DNA from: Candidatus Latescibacterota bacterium
Lineage (GTDB): Bacteria; Latescibacterota; UBA2968; GCA-2709665
NCBI GenBank assembly: GCA_965222075.1
Contig: OZ244937.1
Span: 2,496,001-2,560,000, forward strand
Length of the DNA stretch: 64,000 nt
Direction: 5' to 3'
Part shown: one piece after another, positions 63,811 through 64,000 of the stretch
Layout of the letters: the number at the start of each line of letters is the position of its first letter
Position numbering within the stretch: the stretch's first letter is position 1
Made by a program: the position numbers and the translations under genes
Notes under the pieces: generated by a model
Database searches by the model: none
The model's input: only the letters and a program-made list of their open reading frames with translations
Told to the model about the DNA's origin: nothing

Positions 63811-64000
63811 ATGACGGACAAAGACATCCAACCCTTCCTGGACGCATGGCCCTATGAGTCGGATAAGCTCTGTGTGCGAGAAATCAAGGGGGAGGATGGA
63901 CGTAAAAAGATCCAGCTCCGCATCGAAATGGGCATCTTGCAGATGGAGATCGCCGGCCGTCCCGATGGCCAGCGTCCACACGGCCACGAATCTCTCCTCC
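63811..64000 (+). CDS. Partial CDS, probably a UvrB/UvrC-motif-containing protein (runs off the window)
   Basis: GGAGG RBS; MTDKDIQPFLDAWPY...KIQLRIEMGILQMEIAGRPDGQRPHG. Confidence 0.65.
   Translation, partial: MTDKDIQPFLDAWPYESDKLCVREIKGEDGRKKIQLRIEMGILQMEIAGRPDGQRPHGHESLL

Overview
GC-rich bacterial chromosomal window. Gene content and order suggest an FCB/Latescibacterota-like organism, but this is inference. 1-12.7 kb: a type I-G (I-U) CRISPR-Cas island. It holds 7 identical repeats (cut by the window edge), a leader, cas4-cas1, cas2, an orphan Phd antitoxin with a VapC relic, csb2, cas7, cas8g, a Cas3 that has lost its Walker A, a frameshifted retropepsin-like protease and an AAA/PD-(D/E)XK protein. 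12.8-27 kb: CIRCE-controlled groESL, a secreted NiSOD, purF, lipoproteins, a family B DNA polymerase and a flippase. 27-44.7 kb: a large respiratory gene cluster with Rieske, split cytochrome b, octaheme cytochrome c, a cupredoxin-like protein, an A1-type heme-copper oxidase, heme O/A synthases and SCO, plus a divergent 2x[4Fe-4S] protein. 44.8-55.8 kb: the housekeeping run dut-ispH-yggS-yggT-divIVA-mtnP-(RelBE)-ileS-dksA-lspA-rluD. 56-64 kb: a metabolic operon preceded by a Fur-box-like site. The most notable observations are: (i) a 27-aa N-terminal module shared, with many synonymous changes, between the Rieske protein and the neighbouring ferredoxin, a candidate docking system; (ii) a duplicated promoter/operator linking the orphan antitoxin to the head of the cas island; (iii) a predicted helicase-dead chimeric Cas3 in frame with half of a protease; (iv) a relic of a different IleRS just upstream of the present ileS; (v) many deletion scars. 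All family assignments come from motif recognition by eye; no database searches were run.
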